Below are positions 9,835-19,400 of a DNA stretch of 40,355 nt, one piece after another (positions within the stretch are counted from its first letter, which is position 1; every line of letters starts with the position of its first letter). The position numbers and the translations under genes are program-made. The notes beneath the pieces were generated by a model. The model was given only the letters and a program-made list of their open reading frames with translations. It was not told the origin of the DNA and did no database searches. The DNA lies in IMG/VR virus record IMGVR_UViG_3300045988_116736, positions 1 through 40,355 of that record. One strand, 5' to 3'. This DNA comes from a virus.

Positions 9835-10181
9835 TAGCAATGCTGCGAAGGAGGCTGATGAGCGCCATGGCAAAAGCAAGGAATATTGCTACAGGAGAGA
9901 TAACGGCACAAGGAGGAATGTATCCAAGGGAGGTAACGATCACTGGAATTGGTTTTAAGCCTGACCATATAGCTTTGTTTAAGTTCCCTGGAGGCTATGC
10001 AACAGGTGGGGTGGTATCAGTACTTGATGAAAGTTCATGCTGGGTCACATCGCAAGGCTCCAGTTCATACGTATTTGCATCAGGCTCTGTGAATCTGACA
10101 TTTAGCGAAGACAATGTCACATTTTCTGTATCTATTAATTACTTTAACGGCACTTACCGCTATGTAGCATGGCAAGAATAA
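9831..10181 (+). CDS. hypothetical tail-associated protein
   Basis: The ATG at 9831 overlaps the fibre stop as ATGA. This gives 116 aa, shorter than the track start at 9804. Confidence 0.55.
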   Translation: MIAMLRRRLMSAMAKARNIATGEITAQGGMYPREVTITGIGFKPDHIALFKFPGGYATGGVVSVLDESSCWVTSQGSSSYVFASGSVNLTFSEDNVTFSVSINYFNGTYRYVAWQE

Positions 10182-10194
10182 AAAGGAGAACACC

Positions 10195-10257
10195 ATGAAA
10201 ATAATTCTTTCGGGGGGGGGCAGCCTCCGTAAAATAAAAAGCGCCTATGCGCTATGA
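10195..10257 (+). CDS. 20-codon leader ORF (MKIILSGGGSLRKIKSAYAL) containing a G9 run
   Basis: A strong SD is present (AAAGGAGAACACC-ATG). Its stop TGA overlaps the ATG of the next ORF as ATGA. It is too short for the ORF track and is speculative. Confidence 0.3.
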   Translation: MKIILSGGGSLRKIKSAYAL

Positions 10258-11018
10258 TACCCTTGCAGTTTGCTTTACGGCGCAGAATGATGATAAACAA
10301 TAATAAAGTAATCTTCTCGTATACTGGCAACTGCAATATACAAGATAATTATTTGAGGTTATTATCATCTGGTACTTTGAGATTTAATCATTCCACTGTA
10401 TGCGATGTTTTTCTTGTTGGAGGTGGCGCTGGTGGCAGCGGAGGTGCTGCAAACACTGGCGGCTCATACGATTATTATTATGGCGGCCCCGGTGGTGGTG
10501 GGGGATATACGATTACTAAACTCCAAACTGAGATAACTGGTAATTTAGATATTATCGTTACTATTGGCAATGGCGGCCACGGCGGCAATTATGATAGTAG
10601 TACTTGGGCAGATAACGGCCCCGGCGCAGGAGGTGCAGGAGGAACAACATCATTCGGCGCACATTCTGCGTCTGGTGGCAAACCGGGTTCATATTATAGT
10701 GGCGGTAACGGTGGTTCTGGTGGTGCTTCCGGTGGAAATGCTGCTAACGGTGGTATTGATGGTGGCAACGGTGGCAACGGTGGCAACGGTGGCAACGCAG
10801 TTGGCATTGGACAAGGAACAACTACCCGTGCTTTTGCCGAAGCCAATGGTACGCTGTTTTCTAATGGAGGCAATAGTGGTGTAACATCTCCAAGTGATAG
10901 AATAGCTAACACAGGCGATGGTGGTCACGGCGCGATGGGTCGGCACAAAGGAGGTGCGGGAGGTTCAGGTATAGTTATTCTGCGATTTCCGGAGGGAACA
11001 ACAATCACACAGCAATAA
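10254..11018 (+). CDS. glycine-rich tail-associated protein
   Basis: 254 aa made largely of GGxGG / GGNGG tracts after an IFSYTG N-terminal motif. The start is uncertain: 10254 is coupled to the leader ORF, and the ATGs near 10287 are alternatives. Confidence 0.6.
   Translation: MIPLQFALRRRMMINNNKVIFSYTGNCNIQDNYLRLLSSGTLRFNHSTVCDVFLVGGGAGGSGGAANTGGSYDYYYGGPGGGGGYTITKLQTEITGNLDIIVTIGNGGHGGNYDSSTWADNGPGAGGAGGTTSFGAHSASGGKPGSYYSGGNGGSGGASGGNAANGGIDGGNGGNGGNGGNAVGIGQGTTTRAFAEANGTLFSNGGNSGVTSPSDRIANTGDGGHGAMGRHKGGAGGSGIVILRFPEGTTITQQ
10761..10796 (+). repeat. 4 x 9-bp perfect tandem repeat GGTGGCAAC (encodes GGN x4)
   Basis: Read directly inside the glycine-rich ORF. Confidence 0.9.
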
Positions 11019-11031
11019 AAGGAGTAATATA

Positions 11032-11367
11032 ATGCTAAACACAAACTATGCCAAGCTGGCGGGCGGGTATCCGGAATATTTACGCCTGCCGGTTGAATTG
11101 CAATCGCCGCTTATAATCAACGGTGTGACGCACCCCGCAGGGGCGCACCTCTCCACCAATGACGATGCGGCAATAAAGGAGCTGGGCTATAAGCCCGTGA
11201 CCCGTTCCCCCATGCCCTCAAAGGAGGGCTTTTATTATACGGAGAGCTGGGAGGACAGCGGCGAAGCGATAGTCCAGAGCTGGACGGAGCATGAGGCGCA
11301 AGCCACCACGCAGGACTATATAGACGCGCTGGCAGAACTGGGGGTGAATGTGAATGACGCGCAGTGA
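11032..11367 (+). CDS. hypothetical protein
   Basis: 111 aa with SD AAAGGAG. Confidence 0.6.
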   Translation: MLNTNYAKLAGGYPEYLRLPVELQSPLIINGVTHPAGAHLSTNDDAAIKELGYKPVTRSPMPSKEGFYYTESWEDSGEAIVQSWTEHEAQATTQDYIDALAELGVNVNDAQ

Positions 11368-11770
11368 ACTTATGGCGCTGGTAGCCGTGCGTAAAGCGGA
11401 AATTGAGGCGCACGAGACCGACCTTGTAGAGGTGTTGACGGCGGCGCGGGCAGGGCTTACCCCCACCCCCACGCAGGGCGCACCGTGGAACGCTGAGACC
11501 CGCTATATAGCTGGAGACACAGTTGAGGGCGGTTATGTCGCCCTCAAATACAGCCGCAACAAACCCCCTGCCGCAAACCTCGGCACATATTGGGCGGTGC
11601 AGACCGTGACCTATCCCGCGTGGAGCGACATCGAGGACGGCACGGTTATTGAGATGGATACCATAGTGACCTACAACGGCAAAACGTGGCAATGCACCGA
11701 GCAGCACATCAAATCCACCGTCTACAAGCCCAAGGCCGGAAGCTCCAAATGGAGCGAATACACGGATTAA
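11354..11770 (+). CDS. carbohydrate-binding (CBM5/12-like) tail accessory protein
   Basis: 138 aa with two repeats of the chitin/carbohydrate-binding style motif. The clearest is VTYNGKTWQCTEQHIKSTVYKPKAGSSKWSEY. Confidence 0.55.
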   Translation: MTRSELMALVAVRKAEIEAHETDLVEVLTAARAGLTPTPTQGAPWNAETRYIAGDTVEGGYVALKYSRNKPPAANLGTYWAVQTVTYPAWSDIEDGTVIEMDTIVTYNGKTWQCTEQHIKSTVYKPKAGSSKWSEYTD

Positions 11771-11771
11771 G

Positions 11772-11791
11772 GAGCCGCACGGCTCTTTTTT
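11772..11791 (+). terminator. rho-independent terminator
   Basis: Stem GAGCC / GGCTC with loop GCAC, followed by a TTTTTT run. Confidence 0.6.
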
Positions 11792-11831
11792 CATAATTAA
11801 AAAACAAAAACAAAGAAAGGAAAAAATCAAA

Positions 11832-12386
11832 ATGAAGAAACTCACTTGTATCCTCGCGGTAATGCTCATGCTGTGCCTTTGCACCGTAGCCTACGCCGCA
11901 GACCTCGTAACTCTGGATATAACCGCGCTGGACTACCAGACCGGCAAGGCGGTATCCAAAACCTACGTCAACAATGAGCTTTTCCTACTCAAGGTTGACC
12001 TGGGCATACCCCGTTTTTACGACCTGACCGACATGGAGCTTATAATCGAGCTGGACGGCGTAAAGCTGGACGCAAACGACATGAGATTGGAGGCTGGCAC
12101 ATATTACCTGAGCGGCATAGTTACCGACCAGCCCGCCGCCCTCCGCGTCACTATCAAGGACATGGCATACGAAAACGCCACCACGGCAGAAGAACTCTAC
12201 AACGCCATGCAGAAAAACAGGACTGTCAGCAAGACTTATTATTTTAACGCCGCGCAGCCGGCCGAACAGCCCATTGCAAAAAATCCCGTGGTGATACCCA
12301 AGACCGGCGACGCCTCCGCCCTCGCGTATGCGGTATCCATAGCCCTGATAGGGTTCGGCCTTGCGGTAGCAGGTAAACGCAGATGA
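11832..12386 (+). CDS. secreted, sortase-anchored (LPXTG-type) surface protein
   Basis: The N-terminus is a signal peptide (MKKLTCILAVMLMLCLCTVAYAA). The C-terminus carries IPKTGD (12294-12311), a 19-residue hydrophobic segment and a KRR tail. Its stop overlaps the endolysin ATG as ATGA. Confidence 0.75.
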   Translation: MKKLTCILAVMLMLCLCTVAYAADLVTLDITALDYQTGKAVSKTYVNNELFLLKVDLGIPRFYDLTDMELIIELDGVKLDANDMRLEAGTYYLSGIVTDQPAALRVTIKDMAYENATTAEELYNAMQKNRTVSKTYYFNAAQPAEQPIAKNPVVIPKTGDASALAYAVSIALIGFGLAVAGKRR

Positions 12387-13156
12387 GCAGAATAGACGGT
12401 TTTATCGCCTACCTGGAATCCCACGTAGGCGATATGTATGTATGGGGAGCGCAGGGACAGCAGGTTGACAGCATGAGCGACCCCTACGCATGGATAGAAC
12501 GGCGCGAAACCAGCGACACGAATTACAACCGCGCCGTGAAATTCATGGAGAAGGCCGAAAAACGGCCTCTCTATGCGTTCGACTGTTCCGGCCTCATCGT
12601 ACACTACATCAGCGACATAAAGCACTGGATGAAGGGCGACACCAACGCCCAGGGGCTTTACCGTATGTGCGGCGAAAACAGGGGCTACGCCGGGAAAACC
12701 CTCATATATGCGGGCGACCTCGTATTCAAGTACAGCGAAAGCAGCAAGAAAATGGTACATGTCGGCGTATACGTCGGCGACGGCTACACCATAGAGGCCA
12801 AAGGCCGGGACGATGGCGTATGTAAGCGCAAACTGTCCGATGGCAGCTGGACGCACTGGGGGCGGCTACCTCTGCTGCAAGCGGACGATCCAGAAGAAAC
12901 GGAGGAAAAAGTGGCAAAGAAAATCGAACTGACCAGCCCTATGATGAGGGGCGAAGATATCAAGGCATTGCAAACCGCCCTTAACGCCCTGGGCTACAAC
13001 GCCGGCGACCCTGACGGCATAGCGGGCAAAAACACCATTGCGGCCATACAGCGGTTTGCACAGGCACACAGTATGACACCGACAGAGCTGCCGGACGTGC
13101 TGCAGGTATCCGTATCCGTTGACGGCAGAATATACGTAGGCACAGCCAAAAGATAA
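12383..13156 (+). CDS. endolysin: NlpC/P60 peptidase + PG_binding_1 domain
   Basis: The catalytic Cys context is FDCSGL and the His context is MVHVGVYVG. The C-terminal LQTALNALGYNAGDPDGIAGKNTIAAIQRFAQAH is a classic peptidoglycan-binding repeat. Confidence 0.9.
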   Translation: MSRIDGFIAYLESHVGDMYVWGAQGQQVDSMSDPYAWIERRETSDTNYNRAVKFMEKAEKRPLYAFDCSGLIVHYISDIKHWMKGDTNAQGLYRMCGENRGYAGKTLIYAGDLVFKYSESSKKMVHVGVYVGDGYTIEAKGRDDGVCKRKLSDGSWTHWGRLPLLQADDPEETEEKVAKKIELTSPMMRGEDIKALQTALNALGYNAGDPDGIAGKNTIAAIQRFAQAHSMTPTELPDVLQVSVSVDGRIYVGTAKR

Positions 13157-13171
13157 GGAGGAAAAAACAAA

Positions 13172-13609
13172 ATGAACATATCTGAATGGATCAAAACTAT
13201 TGCCGCCGCTGTAGGCGGCGCATTTGCGTGGCTCTTCGGCGCCTGGGATCCCCTGATAATGGTACTGGTGGCGGTGATGGTGTTGGACTACGTCACCGGC
13301 GTAGCCGACGCAGCAGTGACCGGGACCCTCAGCAGCGCAGTAGGATTCAAGGGATTGCTGAAGAAAATCTTTATACTAATACTGGTGGCACTGGCGGCCC
13401 TACTTGACAGGCTTGTGCCCGCCACCAATGGGGCGGTGCGCAGCGCGGTGTGCATGTTCTACATAGCCAACGAGGGCCTATCCATACTGGAGAACGCCGG
13501 CACGCTTGGCCTGCCGCTGCCCGAGGCGCTCAGAGGGGCCCTCCAGAAGCTCCACAACAAAGGCAACGCAATAGAAGATACCGAACCTACCGACAAAACA
13601 GCACAATAA
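13172..13609 (+). CDS. holin (toxin-secretion/phage-lysis, TcdE-like family)
   Basis: 145 aa with three hydrophobic segments. It carries DYVTGV and IANEGLSILENAGTLGLP motifs and sits adjacent to the endolysin. Confidence 0.85.
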   Translation: MNISEWIKTIAAAVGGAFAWLFGAWDPLIMVLVAVMVLDYVTGVADAAVTGTLSSAVGFKGLLKKIFILILVALAALLDRLVPATNGAVRSAVCMFYIANEGLSILENAGTLGLPLPEALRGALQKLHNKGNAIEDTEPTDKTAQ

Positions 13610-13651
13610 AACAGTACAATCTCATCCCACGTTCGGGATTCCCTTTCAATA

Positions 13652-13671
13652 GCCCCTGCTTCGGCGGGGGC
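13652..13671 (+). other. stable GC hairpin with a TTCG tetraloop after the holin (no U-tract)
   Basis: GCCCCTGC-TTCG-GCGGGGGC. A second small hairpin, ATCCC/GGGAT, lies at 13624-13639. Confidence 0.4.
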
Positions 13672-13722
13672 AAATCTTGTATAAAGGAGGTGTAGGCTTT
13701 TGGAGAAGCGGCCTCTTATTAT

Positions 13723-13965
13723 ATGGACAAGACCCTGCTCAATTCCCGCCCCCGGTCAGAGTGGGAAGCACTCATACACGAATGGATACATAACGAAAAA
13801 GACCGCTGGCTGATAACCCGCCGCCTTTTAGACGGGGTGCCATACGACGCTCTGACGGGCGAGTACCAGCTTAAATTTGAAATACCCCTTGAATATGACC
13901 AGATACGAAGGCGGTGCAAGGCCGCCGAAAAACAACTGATAAAACACTGCCATATGCCCTCGTAG
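13723..13965 (+). CDS. small HTH protein (sigma-70 region-4-like), possible regulator
   Basis: 80 aa. EWIHNEKDRWLITRRLLDGVPYDALTGEY resembles small sigma-r4-type phage regulators. The SD is weak. Confidence 0.45.
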   Translation: MDKTLLNSRPRSEWEALIHEWIHNEKDRWLITRRLLDGVPYDALTGEYQLKFEIPLEYDQIRRRCKAAEKQLIKHCHMPS

Positions 13966-14034
13966 GAATCGGCTTTATGCGCGACAATATAAGCAACAGG
14001 AGCGCGCCTGATTACATTTCGGAGGAAAAAAACT

Positions 14035-14487
14035 ATGGCAGAATACGCATCTCAGGGAGTGGGCACCGCTGGCCTCGTAACCGGCATAATCGGTTCGGCT
14101 GGCTGGCTGTTCAACGGCGGCCTTACCGACTTTGGCCTCGGTAGAAACGGCAGGAACGGCAACAGCGACGAAAAGCCCGTATCCCGCTATGAACTGTCGC
14201 TTGTGCAGGAGAACGCCATTCTCAAAGCACAGGCGGACGTAGACAAGAAGCTCGTTGAGGTTTACAACGCCATCAACGACAAGGCCAACAGCATGCGCGA
14301 CGCGTTCAACGCTTTCGAGAAAGAACAGCTCGTGTACAACGGCGTAAACACCGCGACAATCGGATGTATGCAGCAGAACATTCAAGCCCTGCTTGCCATG
14401 ACCAAGATGGTCATACCCAACAGCTCCGTATGCCCCGGCTGGGGTAACGCGACTGTCACGGTAAGCACCGGCACGGCTACGACCTAA
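14035..14487 (+). CDS. hypothetical protein with Gly-zipper hydrophobic N-terminus and coiled coil
   Basis: 150 aa with SD GGAGGAAAAAAACT. The N-terminus reads GVGTAGLVTGIIGSAGWLFNGG. Confidence 0.6.
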   Translation: MAEYASQGVGTAGLVTGIIGSAGWLFNGGLTDFGLGRNGRNGNSDEKPVSRYELSLVQENAILKAQADVDKKLVEVYNAINDKANSMRDAFNAFEKEQLVYNGVNTATIGCMQQNIQALLAMTKMVIPNSSVCPGWGNATVTVSTGTATT

Positions 14488-14526
14488 AGGGGCGGGCAAC
14501 TGCCCCTATCTCAGTAAGGAGGAAAC

Positions 14527-14859
14527 ATGATTACGCTACAACGTTTCAAGACCGGCCTTGCCCGGTATGCCGATACCGAGCTTGTGCCGAAGCTGGAAGG
14601 CTGGAAGAAGATAGCTTTCGGCGCGGGGGCTTCACTCATGCTGTCAGCCCCGGACGAAAAACTGTTGAAGCTGCTGCATTCCCCCGCAATATCCATGATG
14701 GGCATTGTGGACGAGCAGGACAATATAGACATTGACGCTCTGTATAAAGCTGTCGTTCCGCAGTTTGAGAGCAAACAGCGGCTTCCCCTGCCTCTGGTTG
14801 GAGATTTTACCTTTGACCGTAGCGACATTGAAACGCTGTACCGCTTCATGACAGACTGA
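14527..14859 (+). CDS. hypothetical protein
   Basis: 110 aa with SD AAGGAGGAAAC. Confidence 0.6.
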   Translation: MITLQRFKTGLARYADTELVPKLEGWKKIAFGAGASLMLSAPDEKLLKLLHSPAISMMGIVDEQDNIDIDALYKAVVPQFESKQRLPLPLVGDFTFDRSDIETLYRFMTD

Positions 14860-14861
14860 AA

Positions 14862-15299
14862 ATGAGTAAGTTTTTAGAAATGATAGACTGCATCTCGCGC
14901 AAAGGCCGGAACATAGACGAAGTTACCGCCGTACTGGATGACGCTATGGGCATAATTAAAGACCGCATGCCCGACCTGTACCACGAAACCATACACCAGC
15001 TTGCGGCCATAGCTTACGCCATAACCCCAGAGGAAGCGCGGGACAAGGTACGCTCCATGCGTCCTTACGGCCAGAAGTGGGATTATGATACCGTCAAAGC
15101 ATTCCTTGCCGCGAAGGGCATCAACAACGACGTATGCAAATACTACCTCTGCATGAATATGGCCTACAACGACTACTACAAGACGGCGGAGAGCGTGGGG
15201 AAGGGCGAAGATCCCGAATTCTATTTCAGCATAGCAAGGGACTTTATCAACGACGCAGACGCATCACCGTTCAAGATAGAAAAGTATTTCTCTGCGTAA
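14862..15299 (+). CDS. hypothetical protein
   Basis: 145 aa. The start lies 2 nt after the upstream stop. Confidence 0.6.
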   Translation: MSKFLEMIDCISRKGRNIDEVTAVLDDAMGIIKDRMPDLYHETIHQLAAIAYAITPEEARDKVRSMRPYGQKWDYDTVKAFLAAKGINNDVCKYYLCMNMAYNDYYKTAESVGKGEDPEFYFSIARDFINDADASPFKIEKYFSA

Positions 15300-15316
15300 C
15301 ACATGAATGACATTTG

Positions 15317-15350
15317 CCCTCGGCGGTTATTCGCCGGGGGTACTTTTATA
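15317..15350 (+). terminator. terminator-like hairpin
   Basis: Stem CCCTCGGCG / CGCCGGGGG with one G-U pair and loop GTTATT, followed by the tail TACTTTTATA. Confidence 0.5.
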
Positions 15351-15363
15351 GGAGGAAAACTAA

Positions 15364-16449
15364 ATGGCAGAAAACACCAACTATGATGAGCTGCTTAAAA
15401 AGCTCGGCCTAACCGATGAAGCAGCTATAAAAAAGTGGCAGAAGGAATACGGCCTTGACCAGACCGGCACATGGGGCGCAGCTGAACAGGCGGCATATGA
15501 CACCTACGGAGCCCTGCCCTATAAGACCGAACAGGCCATAAAGGACTACCAGCTATCCCGTGGCATAGAGGATACAGGCGCATGGGACGACGCTACCAAG
15601 CTTGCCTATCGCGGCGACCTTGCGGCCCAGGGCAGCGTGAATGATTGGTCTGACCTTGCAAAAATGGTGCTGTCCGAGTACAAACTTCCCACCACGGACA
15701 AGGACGAAATCAAATCCTACGTTGAATCCTACCTTCGCACCGCATACGACCAGTCCATAGAAAACAGGCGCAAGCAGACCGAAGCAGACAGGGCCATGAT
15801 AGACCTCGATGCCTATTCCCGCGGCATGGGCGGCAGTACATGGGTGACTGACGCGAAGCAGCGCTTACAGGACGCAGAGGCCGACGACATAGCAAAGATG
15901 GAGGCGAACTATCAGGCCGGGCTTAATGAGGCTGTTCTTAACCAGTACAATCAGGCTGTCGCACAGGGGCTTGCGGCGCAGAACAACGCCTACGACCTCG
16001 CCAAAGACCTGTATTCGCTGGGCCAGAACGCAAAAGCCGGCGTAGGCAGTGTGCCAAGTTCCGGCGGCAGTGGTGGTGGCGGCGGTTATTCCTACAGCAG
16101 AGGCAAGAAGAAATCTTCCGGCAGCCGTGGTGGTAGTAGTGGTAGCGGCAATATGACCTATACTCAGTGGCTCATGAACGCTAACGACGGCGATATTTTC
16201 AAGGCCGCAGTGGCAGCACAGGATTCCGGCGTTAAGAATGCAGCTCGGGGCCTCGGCTATGACAGCAAGACCGTAAACACCGTCGGCTCGATACTGCATG
16301 ATCAGGCATCCGGCATGAAGCGCACAGAACAGCTTAAAAACCAAGTCATAAAGAGTGGCGGCAAGAAAACCTCTACCACAACCAGAACCAGCAAGAACAA
16401 GACCACCAGCACCGGTAGCAATCGCCGTATGTCTGGACAGATGATGTAA
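15364..16449 (+). CDS. PG-binding-repeat protein with Gly/Ser/Thr/Lys-rich disordered tail (possible internal virion protein)
   Basis: 361 aa with two PG_binding-like half repeats (WQKEYGLDQTGTWGAAEQAAYDTY and YQLSRGIEDTGAWDDATKLAY). Low-complexity GGSGGGGG and KKTSTTTRTSKNKTTSTG tracts follow. Confidence 0.55.
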   Translation: MAENTNYDELLKKLGLTDEAAIKKWQKEYGLDQTGTWGAAEQAAYDTYGALPYKTEQAIKDYQLSRGIEDTGAWDDATKLAYRGDLAAQGSVNDWSDLAKMVLSEYKLPTTDKDEIKSYVESYLRTAYDQSIENRRKQTEADRAMIDLDAYSRGMGGSTWVTDAKQRLQDAEADDIAKMEANYQAGLNEAVLNQYNQAVAQGLAAQNNAYDLAKDLYSLGQNAKAGVGSVPSSGGSGGGGGYSYSRGKKKSSGSRGGSSGSGNMTYTQWLMNANDGDIFKAAVAAQDSGVKNAARGLGYDSKTVNTVGSILHDQASGMKRTEQLKNQVIKSGGKKTSTTTRTSKNKTTSTGSNRRMSGQMM

Positions 16450-16459
16450 GGAGTTTGAT

Positions 16460-19400
16460 ATGGCATACACTAAGGAGCAAATGGCGAGTGCGGCGGGCGT
16501 AATAGATTCCGGCAAAGGCGTCAACAAAAAGGTAAACGTTAGCAACGAATCCCTAAGCGCAGGCTCATACGAAGGTGCTATGGCTCGGCGTGAGGCTTCC
16601 GGCGGCAGGGTTGGCGACGGGCGATATGACAAGGACGCTTACGTTTATCGCCCCGAAACCAATACCTTCTACGATACCGAAGCTATACAAAAGGCAAAGA
16701 GCAACTTCACAGACTGGATGACCACGGGCAAAGGCTCGAACAACAAGAACTGGGGCTATGATATGAGCGATCCGGAAGATGTAAACCGCTACTATTCCGG
16801 GCAAATATCAAAGAAGTATGAAGCCGGGTACGGCACTGATTCTTTTTCTCAGTGGTTGAAGGAAAACGGTTTGCCGCAGGCTGACTACTTCGACAGCAAG
16901 TATTATAAAGATGCCTACGCCTCTGTTCTTGCCGATCGCGTAGAGAAACAGAAGGCGCGGGATTTTAGGAATGCCGTAGTCCGGGAAATGTGGAACACCG
17001 CCAGCGACCCCATGAATCTGACAGATGAGGATTTGGTTGCGGCATATGACAGGGTAAGGCTGAACAACCCGATATATAACGGTATCGAGCTTTACAATGC
17101 CAAAGACAAGGACACGGACTACGGCGATTACGATTCCCAGATTCTTGCCGAACGGGCGGCGCAGGAAAAGGAAACCAAGAGCAGGGCGGGCAAGCTGAAC
17201 ATAGATGAAGTCTGGGGCGATATTGACCGACTGCAACGGGCGCAGAACACCCGCGAACAGTGGGCGGCTGACAAGGTTAAAGCAGAGGCGGAAACCAAAA
17301 CCAATCAGGCGCAGAAAATCATTGACAACGCCATAGCCAACAACAACTTTTCCGCCGAGATAGATAAGCGCGTTGGCCTTGCAAAGGATAGCAATCTCAA
17401 CGAATACAACGCGAACAAGCAGCGTAAACAGGCTGCGTCGGATGCCGCTATAAATGCCATGCGTGAAGCCGGATATTCCAATCAGGATATAAAGAAGAGT
17501 ATTCGTAACGACGGCAGGCTTTCATATTCTGAATCCACCGAAGGCAAGGCCAACGAAGCAGAACGCATAAAGCGGCGCGACATCTCCGATACCACGACCG
17601 CAAAGGTATTGGGCGGCATGGACAGCTTTACGCAGGGCGCAGTTGACAAGGCTAAGAAGCTGGGCAATATGGGGACATCGGCACAGCAAGGCTTTTCCCC
17701 CATCTCCATGATGGAGGGCTACGGCATGTCAGCGCAGGAAACGCAAGCTGTGAACAACTATGTGGATACCACCCGCGCCATACTCGAAACACAGGGCTAC
17801 AACGGCCTTGAAATCGACAACGCACTCCGCCGCGCAGATTTAGGCGAATACATACCCACGGCGACCGCCCGCACGAATTATGCCACGTATACCTTGCAGG
17901 AGTGCGGCATGAGCGACGAGCAGATTCAATACGTCCTCAGCACCTACACCGAGGACGACTGGAAAAACACGGACACGGACATGAAGGCCAGCGATTATGT
18001 GGAGAACAGTACCGTTGACCAGTTGGCAAACTCCATCATATCCATGCCTATTCGCGCAGCCCTGTCTATCGCCACCGGAGCTGTCGGCCTTGCGGACATG
18101 GCAACTGCCGGGATACAGAAGCGCGATGAGCTTTGGAAAACCACACAGGCATTGCAGGAGGAAGCCGCATGGTGGACACAGTATTCACACGACCGCAACC
18201 ACGAGATAATTTCCACCGCTGCCGATGTCGGTTCGGAAATCATGCGCATGTACGCCACTTCCCTTACGGGTTCAGTCCTTGCGGCAGGAGCGACAAAGGT
18301 TCTGGGCAACGCCGCCGGAACAAACTTCCTGTTCGGTTTCATCACCAAGAACGCAAGCCGTATGCCGTTCGTGGCCAACTCCATAGGCAACTACTACCTT
18401 GAAGCCATGAACGACGGCGCAACGACAGGACAAGCAACGGCATACGCCATTCCCGCCGGACTTCTCGAAGGCTACCTTGAATCCCTTGAAATGGGTGAAA
18501 CCCTGCAACACGCCTTCGGTACAAACATAGTCGGTAAGAAAATCGCGGCAAGCGGCCTTTCCGCCAACTTCAAGACCTTCGCAATAACTAAGGGTATGCC
18601 GTTTATAAACTTCGCCCTCGGTACTATCGGTGAAGGTTTGGAAGAAGCCGCGTCCTATTACGGTTCGTCCATTGCCCGAATGGCTACATGGGATAAGGGA
18701 TATGAAATGGACTTCTCCGAAATGTGGGACAATGCTAAAGGCGGTTTGCTCATAGGCGGCATAATGAACGGCCTTTCTATGGGGGCGCATACGCAATCCT
18801 ACAAATACGCATCGGAGATATACAAGGGCACTGGCGGCAACTATGCGGCTTACCTCGATAGTTTCATGTCTGCTATGCACATGGAGAATATGAACGATGT
18901 GCAGCGGCAAGCTCTCATTGACAAGTATAACAGCGGCGAAATCAACGTTTCCCGCGACGCTGCCATTAACGCAGGAGTTGAGATACAGACAAATGCCGAA
19001 GTAGTAGCTGCTAAGAAACAGGCCGTTGAATCCGCAGAAAACGATGCTGCCGTTAAGGTGGAGAACGCCAACAATAAAGTCACTCAGGCCGAACAGCGGC
19101 TTGCCGGTATTGACGATCCCGACCCAGTAAAGAAGGGCAAAAAGATTGCACAGGCATCTCGGGAACTGTCCGCAGCAAAGGCAGCAGCAAGCCAAACGGC
19201 GAGCGAGGGGCAGAAGAAGGTAGACACCGCGACGGCGGACTACAAGTCCGAAGCGGCAAAGGCCAAGCGCAAGAATGCCGCCAATCAGCAGCTGGTTGAC
19301 GAGTATCACGCATCGAAGTATTATAGCGATATAGAACGTGACGCTGTAAACGCCCCTGTAGGTGGTTTAGCCGCCGACCCAGCCGCTAATACCAATGCGG

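Noticed and set aside
10195-11018. Programmed or slippage frameshift at the G9 tract fusing the leader ORF to the glycine-rich ORF
   Set aside because: Both +1 and -1 shifts at 10212-10220 hit stop codons by 10237 (both TAA, at 10230-10232 in the +1 frame and 10235-10237 in the -1 frame), so no fusion product is possible.
8197-11770. A diversity-generating retroelement or other targeted-variation system acting on tail fibre genes
   Set aside because: No reverse transcriptase ORF exists anywhere in the window. I could not find a template/variable repeat pair by eye near the fibre C-termini.
18272-19309. 345-aa - strand ORF, plus similar ones at 4121-4849, 8508-9197, 11117-11884, 12239-12856 and 15865-16632
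   Set aside because: All are antisense shadows of well-supported + strand genes. None has an SD or a recognisable motif.
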